Shown in pieces: positions 63,145 to 64,000 of a stretch of DNA of 64,000 nt. Below the pieces are notes generated by a model, which did not search any database, was not told the origin of the DNA, and worked only from the letters and a program-made list of their open reading frames with translations. This stretch comes from Octopus sinensis. Taxonomy: Eukaryota. Both the position numbers and the translations under genes were made by a program. The stretch spans positions 53,010,001 through 53,074,000 of the forward strand of contig NC_043007.1 of the NCBI RefSeq assembly GCF_006345805.1. The letters run 5' to 3'. Positions within the stretch are counted from its first letter, which is position 1; every line of letters starts with the position of its first letter.

Positions 63145-64000
63145 ATGGAGTTCGACTTGGTGTTGAGGAGCGACTTTCCTGTGATGGGAAAAGGCGAACA
63201 GAAGGATATTGAGGTTAAAAAACAGTCTTTTTCGGCCGCAGTGGGCGGAACCGTAACGAAAGTAGAATTTAAAATAGAACAGTTGTTCGAATACCGGAAC
63301 TTGGTTAAAAAGGAAGGCAACGAAATAACACTGGGACCGCAGCAAGCGATATTACAGGAAATAAAGGCCAAGACAGTGGTGTACAAGGCTTACAGTAACA
63401 AAGAGAAAAAAATAATGGACGTGAAGAACGAAATAGTAGAGAAGTGCTTGTCCCCGGTGTGGAGCAAAATTCGCTACGTCGGTCGAGGTGCCCGCAGCGC
63501 TACCGTTGAAGCACATTTCGACTCAGCTGATGTGGCAAGAGAGATTTCATCGATGACCTTAAAAAGTGAGGACATCATGTTACTACCTACCTATATGGGA
63601 AAAAGAACTGCGAAACTATATGTGGAAGACATTCAAAGAGGATATGATATAATGTAGGTAGCAGTGGCGGTTCTGCACGACATAGAGCAGAAAGTCTCAA
63701 TTCTGCAGATGAAAAGGAAAGAGGAGGTAAACTGGAAGGGACAAGTGCTCAAACTCCTCGTTCAAGCAGAAAATAATGTGCTAGAAAACTTACCCAATAG
63801 GGTATTTATTGAGGAGGGAATTACAATGAGTGTCAGTAGAGGGGCGCAGACCTAGGTGTTTCAAATGTGGTGAAAAGGGTCACGTCCGCTCGAACTGCAT
63901 AAAAAAAAGAAAAATAGCGAAGCCCCTCCTCAAAGTGCTTCAAACACAGAAAAAGAAAAGGCGGAAAAAGACCCCAAGACTGCGACAAGGAAGGGAATCG
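63145..64000 (+). pseudogene. Gag-like LINE ORF1 (Tx1/L1-type) with CCHC knuckle; runs off the window
   Basis: IRYVGRGARSAT...MLLPTYMGKR; stop at 63655; frameshift into VEGRRPR-CFKCGEKGHVRSNC (63857-63898). Putative 5' UTR from about 62975. Confidence 0.75.

Overview
AT-rich eukaryotic genomic DNA, most likely octopus or another cephalopod. That assignment is inferred from recalled SINE/RTE repeat families and is not database-confirmed. Most of the window is nested transposable-element debris and microsatellites: RTE, R4/Dong, Tx1/L1 and CR1-group LINEs, Penelope-like elements (PLEs), a Ty3/Gypsy LTR element, piggyBac, mariner, Tigger, a MITE, a Helitron and several tRNA-derived SINE families. 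There is one 100-N assembly gap. Two host-gene segments are visible: a frameshift-riddled ~1.5-kb leucine-rich-repeat exon (minus strand, 35797-37310) and the promoter plus first coding exon of a secreted, very acidic protein (plus strand, 61386-61795). The most striking structure is a ~5-kb near-perfect palindrome (48269-53280, 1-nt spacer) made of two head-to-head PLE halves. Both halves break at the RT DFYPS motif, each carries a minimal type I hammerhead ribozyme near its outer end, and each is flanked by (TA)n. Other points of interest are further hammerhead-like motifs near PLE-type ends, a gag-like ORF1 family present in three divergent copies, and a co-oriented stack of R4/Dong 3' ends and SINEs in (TAA)n tracts. 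Most short ORFs in the supplied track are microsatellite or antisense artefacts. Boundaries of degenerate elements are approximate.
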